Positions 38,471-50,958 of a stretch of 51,720 nt of DNA are shown here, in pieces. The stretch's first letter is position 1. Every line of letters begins with the position of its first letter. The stretch is from assembly GCF_001194135.2 (NCBI RefSeq), contig NC_068983.1, forward strand, positions 33,487,569 through 33,539,288, given 5' to 3'. The notes under the pieces were generated by a model. It was not told where the DNA came from and made no database searches. It saw nothing but the letters and a program-made list of their open reading frames with translations. This DNA comes from Octopus bimaculoides. Its lineage: Eukaryota. Position numbers and translations under genes: made by a program.

Positions 38471-39023
38471 ATGCGCCATATTCTGATCAACTGGTAAGCA
38501 TCAGCTTTATTTTACTTTCACAACTCCTTCGAAATCGTAGAGAAACCTATACAGTTTTGTGAAAGGCAGTGTTATGTCATAGTCTTCTTATAATTTTGTT
38601 TGTGGAAATCATCGGGCAAGGTAGCATTACCGTATTTGACATATCCTTCATAGGTTTTTCTGTTGCAAACGACAAGCTGCTGTTACTGTTAGTTTCTTTC
38701 TTTCCTCTTTTGTGGGAGGTGGCAAATTTATGTTTTTACCCCTTGTGTATGGCAAAAAATTGATGAATTTATATATTTACAAACATGTCTGTCTCTGCAC
38801 TCGTCATTTTTCTGCCTATTATTTGTCATCTTTTTAAATCTGCTGCATTTTGTTAAAAAACATTGATAATGATTTTCGAGGCATGTGTTTGTTGTTATTA
38901 CGTTTAATCTCGAATACCTGGTAAATGCCTGCACAAATATAAGATATTTAAAATGTCCAAATAGAAATCGTATTTTCCTAAAAAAATAATTAAAAACATT
39001 GCTGCCAATATGAAGCATAAATT

Positions 39024-39067
39024 TTAGATTTACCATGTTTAGATAAATCTAAACATGGTAAATCTAA
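39024..39067. repeat. Perfect 21-bp inverted repeat with 2-nt spacer
   Basis: ttagatttaccatgtttagat-aa-atctaaacatggtaaatctaa. Confidence 0.95.
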
Positions 39068-39108
39068 TTTTCTTCCAAAACTGTTTTTAGAGACTTCCGT
39101 TCATCGCA

Positions 39109-39178
<70 letters not shown>

Positions 39179-39180
39179 TC

Positions 39181-39230
<50 letters not shown>

Positions 39231-39253
39231 TAATAATAATAATAATGATGATG

Positions 39254-39316
<63 letters not shown>
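39109..39316. repeat. (AAT)n microsatellite, about 200 bp
   Basis: Direct reading. Confidence 0.97.
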
Positions 39317-39317
<1 letters not shown>

Positions 39318-39421
39318 CCTAGGCATAACACCTACATGAAATTCTAACTTGTTGTCTCTTGAGGTCTCTGGGTGAGACTTGGATCCAACTTGTACAAATG
39401 CAAAACAAAAGTCAAACATAA
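39317..39421 (+). mobile_element. About 105-bp 3' stub of an RLE-type LINE inside (AAT)n
   Basis: Non-repetitive block with (AAT)n on both sides; family assignment is from recall. Confidence 0.5.
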
Positions 39422-42400
39422 AATAATAATAATAATAACTATAAATAGAAAAACAACATCAACAGCAAACAAACCCACGCAAACAAAGTCTAACAACTGA
39501 AAAGAAGTTAGTTTTGGGGAATAAACACGTGATTCTTATAATAACGCTGAGTAATTAGATGTCCTCACGACGAACAAGACAGTTCATCTATTTTTATATC
39601 GAAATTTTATTACAGCTTTGCGAAAACATATAAGGTATTCTTTAGCTCTAACGAAAACTGATATTAGCTTATTGTAGGCTTCAACGAATATGAAAATATG
39701 GAGGATATAATGAAACTCATAAGATTGACACTGTAGGTCAATACAATCGATCAGTTATTGAATATTATTGGATGTATAATCGAATAGCCAATAAACAGCA
39801 ATAGGATGTTTTTAAACGCAAGGAAATTCTATTTGTTGACATTGTGGCGCTAATCTCTAGTTGGAACGTTTGGAATAGCGCAGTATTGTGCTATAGAGCT
39901 TAGCCAACACAATTGAAACATCATCTTAAATAAGAAGGATATTTTGATTAATCTCAGTAACGAAGGATAAATAGAAAGAAAGAAAAAAAGATCAGGCACC
40001 TCCTGCATTGAACATATGCAAACAGACATACTTATAAGTTTGTGACCTAGTTTCAATTTCCGGTCGAAAGCAAGCCTTTTCACCTATAGCTGTGTGTATA
40101 TATATATAAACACACACACACACGTTTGTGTGCGTTTGTGTGTGTGTACACATATATATGTATATAGATACATATATATGTACATATAATGTTTGTAAGC
40201 AAACGCGGAGGGCTTTGTAAGTGCTACTGAGAGAAAGCTACTATAAAATGCTCATAGTATAATAGTAACTGTATAACATATCGTAATGATATTTTATTCT
40301 CCGATTTGAAGTGACAATATATAAATACAAATAAATGACTGAAATAGGATGAGCTAATCCCAGTCAGAATCGAACACACAAATCAATGGTATTACTATAC
40401 TATGAGGCTTCCATAGTAGCTTCCTCTCCACAACTTACAAGGCCTTCCACGTTTGTTTACAAATATATGTAGTATTATAGATTTAAAGTGTATATTAGCG
40501 AAATTTGGCTAAAATTGATGGAGGAGCTTTTGGCCCAATGGGATGCACCAGGAGCTGTGTTAGCGTACATTTGTGTGTTCAATTCTGGCTGGAGTTGGCT
40601 CATAATTTTTCAATAATTTATTTGTATTTCTAAATTGTCGCTTCAACTCGGATAATAAATTATTATTATGATTTATTATCATACAGTTATTATATATAAA
40701 TATGGAAAGTAAAGATAGGAGAACAAATAAAACAACATAGTGACATAATAATGTATGTATACCGACTCTCTTCAGTTTCTTTATATTACAATATTTAAAT
40801 CGTTACATGTTTTGCAGTATTTCGCCCATCTATAAATTTTGAGTTCAAATTCCGCCAAGGTCACTTTTTGCTTTTCATCCTTTCGGTACCAGTTGACCGA
40901 AATTATTGCCCTATGCAATATTTATATGCATATGATGCACTGTAACTTTTAAGCGAATAAAGGTGCAATCCTAGGGCGAATTTAGAAATTTGGTTGCCGG
41001 AATTGTAGCATTAACAAACACGCTGACCGAACTTTCTATAAAACCATAGTAATAAAAACTATAAATAATGATTTTTTTGAAAGACACTCTTGCATAAATC
41101 TAATTAGGGAAAATTTAATATAATTAAATAGTCTTGCAGTAATTCTGGTACTTATTTTGCCGACTCCGAAGACGAATCGATACAGAGGTATTTGAATCAC
41201 TCAGAATGCGAAACAAAATGTTGTAAATAATTGTCTAAGATACAAGGATAGCAATTTGAGGATTTCTGAATTAAACTGATGTGGCAAATGATTATGTCCT
41301 GCAAGTAATATAAATACGAGTACGTATATGGATCACAAGTCCATATGGCAAGTCCTCTCATGGTAAATATTGCAGGATTCTGTGTTCTAACACATCTACT
41401 TGTACAGATGAATACTAATTTTTGGTATTAATACTGCTTCTGTCGCTATTAGTTATATAATTAGTTATATATGTACACACACACACAAAACACCCGCCTC
41501 CCACACACATGTAAATGTGTATTTATGTAATCGATCGCTGAATAAAAAGCAATGATGCTTTGAACGTAAAGAACAAAGAGAGATCCACGTAAAGCTAGCG
41601 CTCTAACAACTCTGCCCACGCAGCAAAGAGATGTTAAGAATGTATAACGTCAGGTATTTTATTCGGCATTTAAGAAAGGCAATTCATCATGCATGTCAAA
41701 TTAGGAAAATATTCTATTATCTATCTATTTGATTTAAAATCTGATTTGTAGAAGGTTTTCAGAATAATTCAGACTTCTTACAATAAAATATCTGCATTAA
41801 GAAGCAAACTTGTTACAATTTCCGAAGGGGAATATTCAATATTATTCGATTTCAGTCATTAATCATCTTTCTCGGTCTTTCATACCACTTGGAAATAATC
41901 TAATCACGTCTATTATACAATTACTGTTTAGGGTTTATTGAAAACGAAATATTGAAGAGACATATATATAATCTTATACATTATTTTTTAAACTCGATCT
42001 GCTGTTACTACAATCAGTACAAGAAATGTATTTTTAACACAATACTTCGAAGCTCTTAATTCTATTATCTGAATTGCTTCAAGCCATCTAAAATATTTCA
42101 TTACAAGTACAATGCCGCGCAGATTCTGTTGGTAGTGTTTAAATAATAGTATTTAAATAATAGTTGCCTCAATCGTGAGACAACTTTAACTGTCACTATG
42201 AGTTTCTTTTCAGTGATACAGCTCATTGTCCAGGACACATTATTCGTACCTTCAGGTATTTCGCTTCATTATGTTTCAAAGAAGTGTCATTTTTCTTCAA
42301 ATGCAAGCTGAGCAAAAATCAATTGCTGTGATAAGTGAGAGATCACGTTTAGATGCACATACCCAGTCTAGTCCAGAGGAGATTTTGTTGGTGTGTCTGA

Positions 42401-42579
42401 TTATTCTAGGAAACTAGTCTGTTTTAACTTCTACACATAGTTCCAGAATAGGCACAGGTGTATGTTAAGAAGCTTACTTCTCATCCACGTGGTTCAGAGT
42501 TCAATGTTACTGCGTGAGAGGTTGTCTTCTACTGTACCCTGTGATGGCTAAAACAAAATGAAATAAGATAAATATATTT

Positions 42580-42775
42580 TGATTCTTTCAGTCACTGGAT
42601 TGCACTCACGAGGGGGTACTGCCTTGATGGGCCTTCTAGTCGGAAGACTCTATTCTAGTCTTTTTCTTAAACCTGGCGCTTACCTAGTATCAGTATCTTT
42701 TGCCAAACTACTAGGTTTTGGGGATGTAAACAAACTAACACCCATTATTAAGCAGTCATGGGAGACAAACGTAAA
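42580..42775 (+). mobile_element. SINE-like repeat; related copies at 44800-44905 and 47522-47712
   Basis: Shared ..aagcctggtacttattct..ttttgccgaac.gctaagttacggg.ac.taaac.. module in three places. Confidence 0.55.
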
Positions 42776-42801
42776 AAACATACATACACATATAGTTTTG
42801 G

Positions 42802-42855
<54 letters not shown>

Positions 42856-43260
42856 TATACATATATATATATACATACATACACGCATATATACATATGT
42901 ATATATATNNNNNNNNNNNNNNNNNNNNNNNNNNNNNNNNNNNNNNNNNNNNNNNNNNNNNNNNNNNNNNNNNNNNNNNNNNNNNNNNNNNNNNNNNNNN
43001 NNNNNNNNNNNNNNNNNNNNNNNNNNNNNNNNNNNNNNNNNNNNNNNNNNNNNNNNNNNNNNNNNNNNNNNNNNNNNNNNNNNNNNNNNNNNNNNNNNNN
43101 NNNNNNNNNNNNNNNNNNNNNNNNNNNNNNNNNNNNNNNNNNNNNNNNNNNNNNNNNNNNNNNNNNNNNNNNNNNNNNNNNNNNNNNNNNNNNNNNNNNN
43201 NNNNNNNNNNNNNNNNNNNNNNNNNNNNNNNNNNNNNNNNNNNNNNNNNNNNNNNNNNNC

Positions 43261-43611
43261 CTCACCGGCACCCATCATCGACCCTATCATATCGACTCCT
43301 TCACCTGCACTTCTACCAATGTCATCTACTACATCTCCTGCTCTCTCTGCCCTTCTCTGTACATCGGGCAAACGGGACGCCGCTTGGCTGACCGGTTCGC
43401 GGAACACCTCCGAGACATCCGACTCGGCAATGACACTCCGGTCACGCGCCATTTCCGCTCAACCGGTCACTCTTTGCAACACCTGTCTGTGTTCGAATTG
43501 TCCTTGCACACCGACCATCCGGACTCCCGTTTGCGCCGTGAACAGAAGTTAATCTTCTCTCTTCGCTCCTTTGCGCTACATGGGCTCAACTCTCTTCCCC
43601 TCTTCATCTAA
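43261..43611 (+). CDS. GIY-YIG endonuclease domain of a Penelope-like element (5'-partial)
   Basis: Uninterrupted frame ...FTCTSTNVIYYISCSLCPSLYIGQTGRRLADRFAEHLRDIR...REQKLIF...GLN...*. Confidence 0.88.
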   Translation, partial: LTGTHHRPYHIDSFTCTSTNVIYYISCSLCPSLYIGQTGRRLADRFAEHLRDIRLGNDTPVTRHFRSTGHSLQHLSVFELSLHTDHPDSRLRREQKLIFSLRSFALHGLNSLPLFI

Positions 43612-44381
43612 CCTCCTCTCCTCTCTCCATCTCATACCTACTTCCTCCCACCCACCTTCTCCTCTCTCCCTCTCACATCTACTTCCTCCCACCCATCTCT
43701 CCTCTCTTGCTCAAACTTCTACTTCTCTTCACTCCTACTCTCCTTCTCTCTTTTCTTCACACCCACTCCCCTTTTCCCATTCCGCTCTCCCTTCATCGTC
43801 ACCCCTCCTTCGTAATCCTTTCACCACACAATCAAACCCCACCTTCCCTATCCATCCCATCCCACCCCACCTCATCCCTTACACCCACTCCCACATACCC
43901 CAACGCTACCCGCACCATCAGCCTACCCACATTCCCCACTTCTACCCGCACCCTCAACCTACCCACATACTCCACCTCTACCTCCACCCTTGCTTTCCCC
44001 ACTCTCACCTCCCCCACATCCCAACACCATCACACTACGCACCACTACACCATACACCACCATACCACACAACACTACCCACATCACATCAAACCACCCA
44101 CATCACATCAAACCACCATGCACACACTAACACTGACCACTTCCCAGCCCCACATCCACACACCTACACATACACACACGCACACCTTAAGGTCACTCTC
44201 TTCCACACGCACATGCTCTCTTATGCACACGCACGCGCACTTTTGTTTTGGGATCACCACTACTTTATTATCTCCCCTTCTTCCTAGCTCTCCTGTGTGA
44301 CCCCTCTGTCCGGCATTCGCCATGATAGATCGCTAACCACTACACATTCTTTATTTTCTCTCCTTGTTTCTTTCTGTGTTC

Positions 44382-44417
44382 CTTTCTGTGGAAGAGCGTA
44401 GGCTCGAAACGTTAAAG
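44382..44417 (+). ncRNA. Minimal hammerhead-like motif in the pLTR (core CTGTGGA)
   Basis: CTTT-CTGTGGA-A-GAGC(GTAG)GCTC-GAA-ACGT-T-AAAG; conserved A6 is replaced by U. Confidence 0.6.
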
Positions 44418-44603
44418 ACTTTTTCATTTTCTGAGCGCTAAACTAATACATCGGTTTGTTGTCTACATCACCTGTCTTCGTCTTTTGTTCTTTTGTGAAT
44501 TCTCCCCGTGTATATAAATATGTATGTATATATGTATGTATTTATATACGCTTGTATAGAAAGCGACATAAACAAATACATAGATCCTGCACATATATAT
44601 ATA

Positions 44604-44707
44604 TGTTGAAATATCAATGAAGGAGCCTTGGATATTGGTTAGAAATCGACTCTTTCTCTATTGGCAAGAAATCTTGAAATAAACTGAATAAGAACATACA
44701 TACATAC
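44604..44707 (+). mobile_element. 3' UTR stub of the 2402-4555 LINE family, ending in (CATA)n
   Basis: Matches the reverse complement of 2402-2490 (ctattggcaagaaatcttgaaataaa..ctgaata). Confidence 0.8.
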
Positions 44708-45084
44708 TTCGTATATGATTAAGTGATACAAGACATGAGTATATAATATAGATTATGTATATGCATCTTGTTTACATGTTTCGGTAACAGATACTGAATG
44801 AAGGGTTTTAATCGAAGAAATCGAGCCTAAGGTTTATTTCTTTTTAAGCTTAGTACTAATTCAGTCGGTTTTTTTCTATGGAGTCGCTAGGTTACAGGGA
44901 CAGGCATTCCGTCAGATTACATATCAAAGTCACTGATGTAGAACCAGATGACTCTAAATAAATGACAGATATGATAGGTTCATATGCATATGTCCGTAAT
45001 CAAAGAAATGACTTTCTCTCATTGCCTATATATATACATGTATATGTATCTGTGTGTTTGCGTTTGTGTGTGTATGTATACATA

Positions 45085-45132
<48 letters not shown>

Positions 45133-46593
45133 CACACATACACATACATATATATATATAATCTGCTTCAAAATGGTAGTATCGTAACTACTAAACTTAG
45201 CAATATTAATGGATATGACAACTTCTTGCTTGCTTTTCTTTCGCCATTCCCTCTCTCTCTCTTACTTTTTTCTCTGAATTTCTCCTCCTTTTTTTCCATT
45301 TCTTTTATCTTTAATTACACCTCTGTCTTTATCTCTCACCTTTTTTCCTATATTAACTCTCCTTTATCTTCTTTAGCTTTTCGTTTGTGTTTTTTTTCTC
45401 CCTCTCCCTGTTTCTCTCAACCTTTTGCTGTCTATTTACTTGCCTCTGAACATCCTTATAAAATGTCTTGCCAGCTGGCTAACTTCAGGCGTTTAAACAA
45501 GTGTGCCTTTGATGATCTTTTAATCGTTAAGCATACGATTGATTAGCAGCATCCACTGTAGATGTTACAAATAACCACAGCAGTGAAAGATACACACGGA
45601 ACACATGGTGTAAATTTATGTCAACCATGCTTTCTCCTACCCACGCCCACACACACTCACCCATACACATGGAGGTCCCACCCGTTCTGCTCACACCCGA
45701 GGTTGATTCCAGGCGAGGAAAAGGCCATCCTGTATTTCTGATTGTCTCAGTCTGTCTCTGTCTGTCTCTCAGTTTGTCTCTGTCTGTCTCTGTCTATGTC
45801 TCTGTCTGTCTCTGTCTATGTCTCTGTCTGTACGTATGTGTGCATGTTTGTATGTGTGTATTTGTATATATAATATATATATATCACATAATATAAAATA
45901 ACATATATGTATATATGTACTCACACACGTATATGTATGCATGTACGTACATACGTACATACATACGTACGTACGTATGTATGTATGTATGTATGTATGT
46001 ATGTATATATGTATGTATATATGTATGTATATATGTATGTATGTATGTACTGCCACTTACATTTCATATATACATTATCCAAAGGTTATATAAGATTGAC
46101 GTAATAAGATATACATAATAGATTCATTGTATTATGGGTAGATTACAGTTCGTAAATCAGATTATGATTTTCAACCATATGAATGTGAATTTTCGAAACC
46201 TTCAAGCTCAATGATTCTTAAAAATCTTCCCACTAATTGTGCAAATATAAAGAACGACTCATCGAGGATATACATTTAATAAGCTTGATAAATCACTGAT
46301 GGGATTAACTGCATTATTTCTGACTAGTTGCTTCGATTCCAACACAGAACATTGAACGTTAACGTGTTTGATGAAGGGATGATATTATTCATCGTTTATT
46401 TAAAAAAAGTTGATATGGAAATAAATAAATATATTGAATATCTAATATAGTTTGATTTCTTATGATTCTGTCGAAACCACAATATACTAGTCGGAGATGT
46501 GAAGTGAATGGGTTTCTCTGGACTATACATACATATGTAACTACACACGTGCTGTTGGTGAATTTTTTCCTTCTTGGACATCTTCCTTTTTCC

Positions 46594-46626
46594 TTTCCGA
46601 CGAAGAGCAATGCTCGAAACGTAAAA
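46594..46626 (+). ncRNA. Minimal hammerhead-like motif (core CCGACGA) in a solo pLTR fragment at about 46560-46690
   Basis: TTT-CCGACGA-A-GAGC(AAT)GCTC-GAA-ACGT-A-AAA. The downstream tgagcgc.aaactaatacat is shared with the 44430-44450 pLTR. Confidence 0.6.
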
Positions 46627-46689
46627 ACATCTCCCTTTTTAGTGAGCGCCAAACTAATACATTCCTTATGCACGTCCTCTTCTTGTTTG

Positions 46690-47051
46690 TTACCACTGCC
46701 TTAGCGAAGGCGGAGGTATTGTTTTCAGTCGTGTTTGTTTGTCCGTGGACACGAAATCTCAAGAACCGCTGGATAGATTCAGATGAAACTTTCAGGGATA
46801 TTTGGCCTCGTAACGGGCACGAATTGATTAGATTTGAGATAGATCCGGTACCGGACAAGGATTCTGGATTATTTTTCCTGTTATTTTTTACCTAATTTTT
46901 GAGAGCGGTCGGGTTCATTTTTAGTATTCTCGTTTGTGAGAGCAGTCGAGTTTATTTAAGATATTCTCATTTTAAAGTCATCTCTGGTTAATCGTTGGGA
47001 AGACGTTAGTGTTACCTCGGCGGAAGTTTGCGCTCTCTCAGTGCTCTCGTT
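46690..47051 (+). mobile_element. Helentron-associated non-autonomous element (HINE/DINE-1-like)
   Basis: 5' acc..gccttagcgaaggcggaggt, GTTT-type microsatellite near the 5' end, 3' subTIR cctcggcggaagt followed by hairpin gcgct-ctctc-agtgc; T-rich flanks. Confidence 0.7.
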
Positions 47052-47197
47052 ATTGTTAATTTTATTGTTCGTTTATTTGATTTGACAATATATGTGTATG
47101 TATGCATGTATGTATATATGTATATGTACACATATATACATAGGATACACGCACACATATACCTATACATAAGTATGCAATGTATATATATATAATT

Positions 47198-47262
<65 letters not shown>

Positions 47263-47724
47263 GTGAGGAAGTGTGAGAAAACAGAGAGCACATCGACCGT
47301 GTAATTGCTCGGTGCTTTATGTATTGACCACGGTATAGTGAGAGACAGTTATCATTTGGTGAGATTTGAACTGAATGCAAACACGAACAGCAAAGAACCC
47401 AAATGATTCATTTTGACATCCTAACGACTCCGCTAACTCACCGCACCAACGCTGGAAGTATGTTTAAGCATATACACATATGAACTTATGTGTAGGTTTA
47501 AATATGCAAGAATCTTGTTTTGCTTCTGTCATTAGTCATCAGTCATGCTGGTGCAACACCTTGAAAAACTTCAGTGGAACGAATCGACTCCAATAATTAG
47601 TTTTCATGTTTTTTTAAGCCTGGTACTTATTCTATCCGTGTCTTTTGTCGAACTGCCAAGTTACGGGCACATAAACACATCAACATCGGTTGTCAAGAGA
47701 TCTGAGACAAATGGTAATGAGTGT

Positions 47725-47768
47725 ATATGCCATATTTCGTGGGGTCTTGCCCCTTCATCAGTAAAACA
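47725..47768 (-). ncRNA. Partial hammerhead-like motif
   Basis: CTGATGA-A-GGGG(CAAGA)CCCC-AC-GAAA-TATG; stem I is not formed and position 17 is G. Confidence 0.35.
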
Positions 47769-49836
47769 ATGAGATCGGAGAAAAAATGTCGAGGTTGAGT
47801 CAATGTGACACTATGTATTTCAAATGAGAGTCCTCTGCTCACAATGACAGTCAGTCTTACAGTGTTCCTCGCAGAATCTGTAAACCCTATTTTATTGAAA
47901 ATCTTGGGTTGATCCGAGGCTATAGAAGATAAACTTGTCCGATGAAAGTAAACGAAGAACTGTATGACTGAGAAAGTAGTTTTAGACGCATGCGTGCGTA
48001 CGTATATTTATACATACATATAAACATGCATACAAACACACAAAATTATATATGTTCCGAATTCAATCAATTAGATTTCCGCCCCCGTATATATATGACG
48101 AGTAATCGGACATACACTTGTATTAAAAAATTATTCACATGCATTACATGGATACAGATATACACACACACATTCACTTAAATATGCAAAAATCACTCTA
48201 ATTATCTTGACCGGTTTCCTTTGTGTAAAAATTAATTGAAATAAATCTCAAAGAAATATGCTTGCATAAATACATAATACTATATACATTGATCTAAATC
48301 ACTGCCCATTTAACACCGTTTTCTGTTCGGCCACACTTTCGTTCTAGACATTTTCAGTATTTTAAGGGTGCTTGCGAAAGTGATGGGCGCTGAACCATCT
48401 TTCTCCTTTGATTAACTTACAAAAATGAAAGCAAACAAACAAACAAAAAAGAAAACAAAACAAAACGTAACAAAAATCAGAATCAAGCAAAAACAGTGCA
48501 CTGATATGTTTTCAGTCACATGTAGCAGAAACCATTACAACAGGTATGCAGAAGCCAGACTAATTGGCGTCCCTCAGTGGAGAGTGTATTGCATTCTCTT
48601 GAATGTCACTGCAACCTTCATGATCTTAACTACCCAAAGAAGATCAGAAAAATCTGAAATGCATCGAGATGATTGAGTTAAAAAAAAATGATGCTGTATA
48701 AGATTCTAGCTGATAGAGAAAGCCGCCTCTGATAGCAATTATATCAGCAGAATATACAAGAAGAGTGAAATGCATTTTTTCTTTCTCGTAACATTGCTGA
48801 TATTTCATTTTACTACTATCACAAAATTCGATTCTCATACAGCGATGCGAGTTAATTCTATTTGAAGACACATATGTCGTGTTCCATAGAAACTTATTGT
48901 TATGGTTTACTTCTTGTTGCAGACCAAAATCATGTGATAAAACAACGATGAAGAGAAATTCAACATTTACTGTGAGCAAAACCTACTTTTATCTATAAAT
49001 GTTGCCAAAAACATCATTTCGAATCGATCCACATCATTTACCTAACACTAAAATCTTATCAACTTTTATAGAATACTAATTCCATACGAATGTTTAGTCC
49101 CAAGTTCTACTTTATTGTAAGAGATACACTGAAAATTTCCACTTCACATAGCATATCAGCCACATCATCTCCGCCCCCTCTTTCTCTCGTTCTTTTGTGT
49201 TAGAAGATAAAGAATACTCTAAGTGCTGTCGTTGTTTGCAGCGTTGAGTGGTTTTACTTTCAGGTGCACTTTTACAATTACTAAAATGTGCGGTTTGATG
49301 ACTAAGGATATTGGCTTCGTGCGCAAGACAGAATACAAGCATCAAGATGCCAACCACTAATCATGATGATGATATATTATCGAATCATTTAATTGTTCTG
49401 TTGTTGGAAGGAAAACTATATGTTACTCACGATGCAACTCCGTCCAGCACCGATTGTCTCCATCGCAACCCCAAGAGAATCTCCTTATCATATTGATAAG
49501 CTCCATTTTAATGAACATTCAGCCTCTGACTCTCGAAGTCTTTATTCACAAAGTCCAAACCTTTCTGGAAAAGTTTGAGAAAATAAGTACAGAGCAGAAT
49601 CACGTGACTGTAAAACGTTGTAGACTTTAAATAATGTGATAGTTATTTTAGTAATTGTGGATTAGCAAAATCGTAGAACCATCGGGAATTTGCCTTGCAG
49701 TATTTTGTGATATCGTTTTACGTTCATAGATCAAATCCCGCAGGTGCCAACTTTGTATTTCCGGTTTCCCATTATAACGGTATACAAAAACATACTTGTC
49801 GACATTTATTAATGACTTGTAGGCACGTGGTATTTC

Positions 49837-50958
49837 GTTTTGTCCGAATTTTGAATAAAGAAAACAAGTGATCAAATGTTATATTTAATTGGAATTTAAT
49901 CATCAATATACTTTCCCTGATTATCTATGACTTCCTTTTCAAAGCGAAGAACTCTGAAATGTCAGTTTCGATCTCCTCCTGGCTTGTGAAAGTTATGTCC
50001 CCCCAAATGATTCTGTAAACTACGAAACAAATGGTAGTCTGAAGCAGCTAGGTCGGGAGAATAAAGTGGATGAGGAATTCTTTCCCAACCAAGCTTTTCG
50101 ATCTTCTGTGATGTGATCTTTGCACTGTGGGGTCACGCATTGTCCTGATGAAACATCACTCCTTTTCGATTCATTAAAGCGGGTCTTCTTTTCTTTAAAG
50201 CTTGGTTCAAACACCCTAATTGCTGACAGTAGATTTTTGCATTGATTGTTGCATTAGGTGGTAACAATTCAAAGTGAATTACTCCTTTGCAATCCCACTA
50301 GATAGAGAGAAGAACCTTTTTCCCATGAAGTTCCCTTCTCGGTTGTGGTTGAGCTTTTTCCCTTTTACCAAGCCACTGTTTACGACGTTTAACATTTCGA
50401 TAGAAGATCCATTTTTCGTCACTAGTCACAAGTCTAACCAAAATGGGTGAAATGAGTTCGCGAGAATGGAGAGAAGAGCAGATGTCAACTCAGGATTTGC
50501 GGTTGCTTTCGGACAATTTATGAGGCACCCATTTTCAAGGAGTTTATTATCAAACTGAACTGGACGTCCTGTTCGATCTTCATCTTTAAGGCTGAAATCT
50601 CCACTTCTGAATTTTGCAAACCATCTTCTGCAAGTTCTTTCATTCAAGCATTCTTTTCCATACACTGAATGTATGTTTCGAGTCGCTTTTGCTGCAGAGT
50701 TTCCTTTTTTGTATTCATAAAGCATTATGTGCCACAAATGTTCTTTGGATATTTCCATGTTAGAAAAGGTTTTAATCAAAGAAATTTTAATTCTATTATT
50801 CTGTTATTCTATTATTCTGTAAAATAATATAAAATTAGTTTAAATGTACCCAAATGCATAAAAATAAGTTTTAATTCCATTAGGCATTCTAAAATACTAT
50901 TAAATTTCATTCAATTTTAACGAAGGTAAAATCGGACAGAACTTATGGGATGACTTGA
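49837..50958 (-). mobile_element. Mariner transposon (second family), 5' TIR intact, 3' TIR partial
   Basis: TA plus TIR tcaagtcatcccataagttctgtccgatttt at 50958; only the inner aaaattcggacaaaac remains at 49852-49837. Confidence 0.92.
49896..50758 (-). pseudogene. DD34D mariner transposase pseudogene with internal deletions
   Basis: MEISKEHLWHIML..., WVPHKL, VTSDEKW, HQDNA*PH and YSPDLAASDYHLF. The second HTH is deleted near 50535 and there are three in-frame stops. Confidence 0.92.

Larger units (their letters stand above)
43260..44507 (+). mobile_element. Penelope-like retroelement, 3' portion (GIY-YIG, C-rich 3' UTR, pLTR)
   Basis: GIY-YIG frame, then a 700-bp C-rich tract, then a hammerhead-like motif, ending in TA-rich repeats. 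The 5' part is hidden by the gap at 42909-43259. Confidence 0.9.

Noticed and set aside
40498-40600. LRR-like peptide RNLAKIDGGAF
   Set aside because: A single partial match with no following repeat and no convincing donor site.
43571-44300. 238-aa and 197-aa Pro/His/Thr-rich ORFs
   Set aside because: A C-rich strand with little G or TA rarely makes stop codons; this is the element's 3' UTR.
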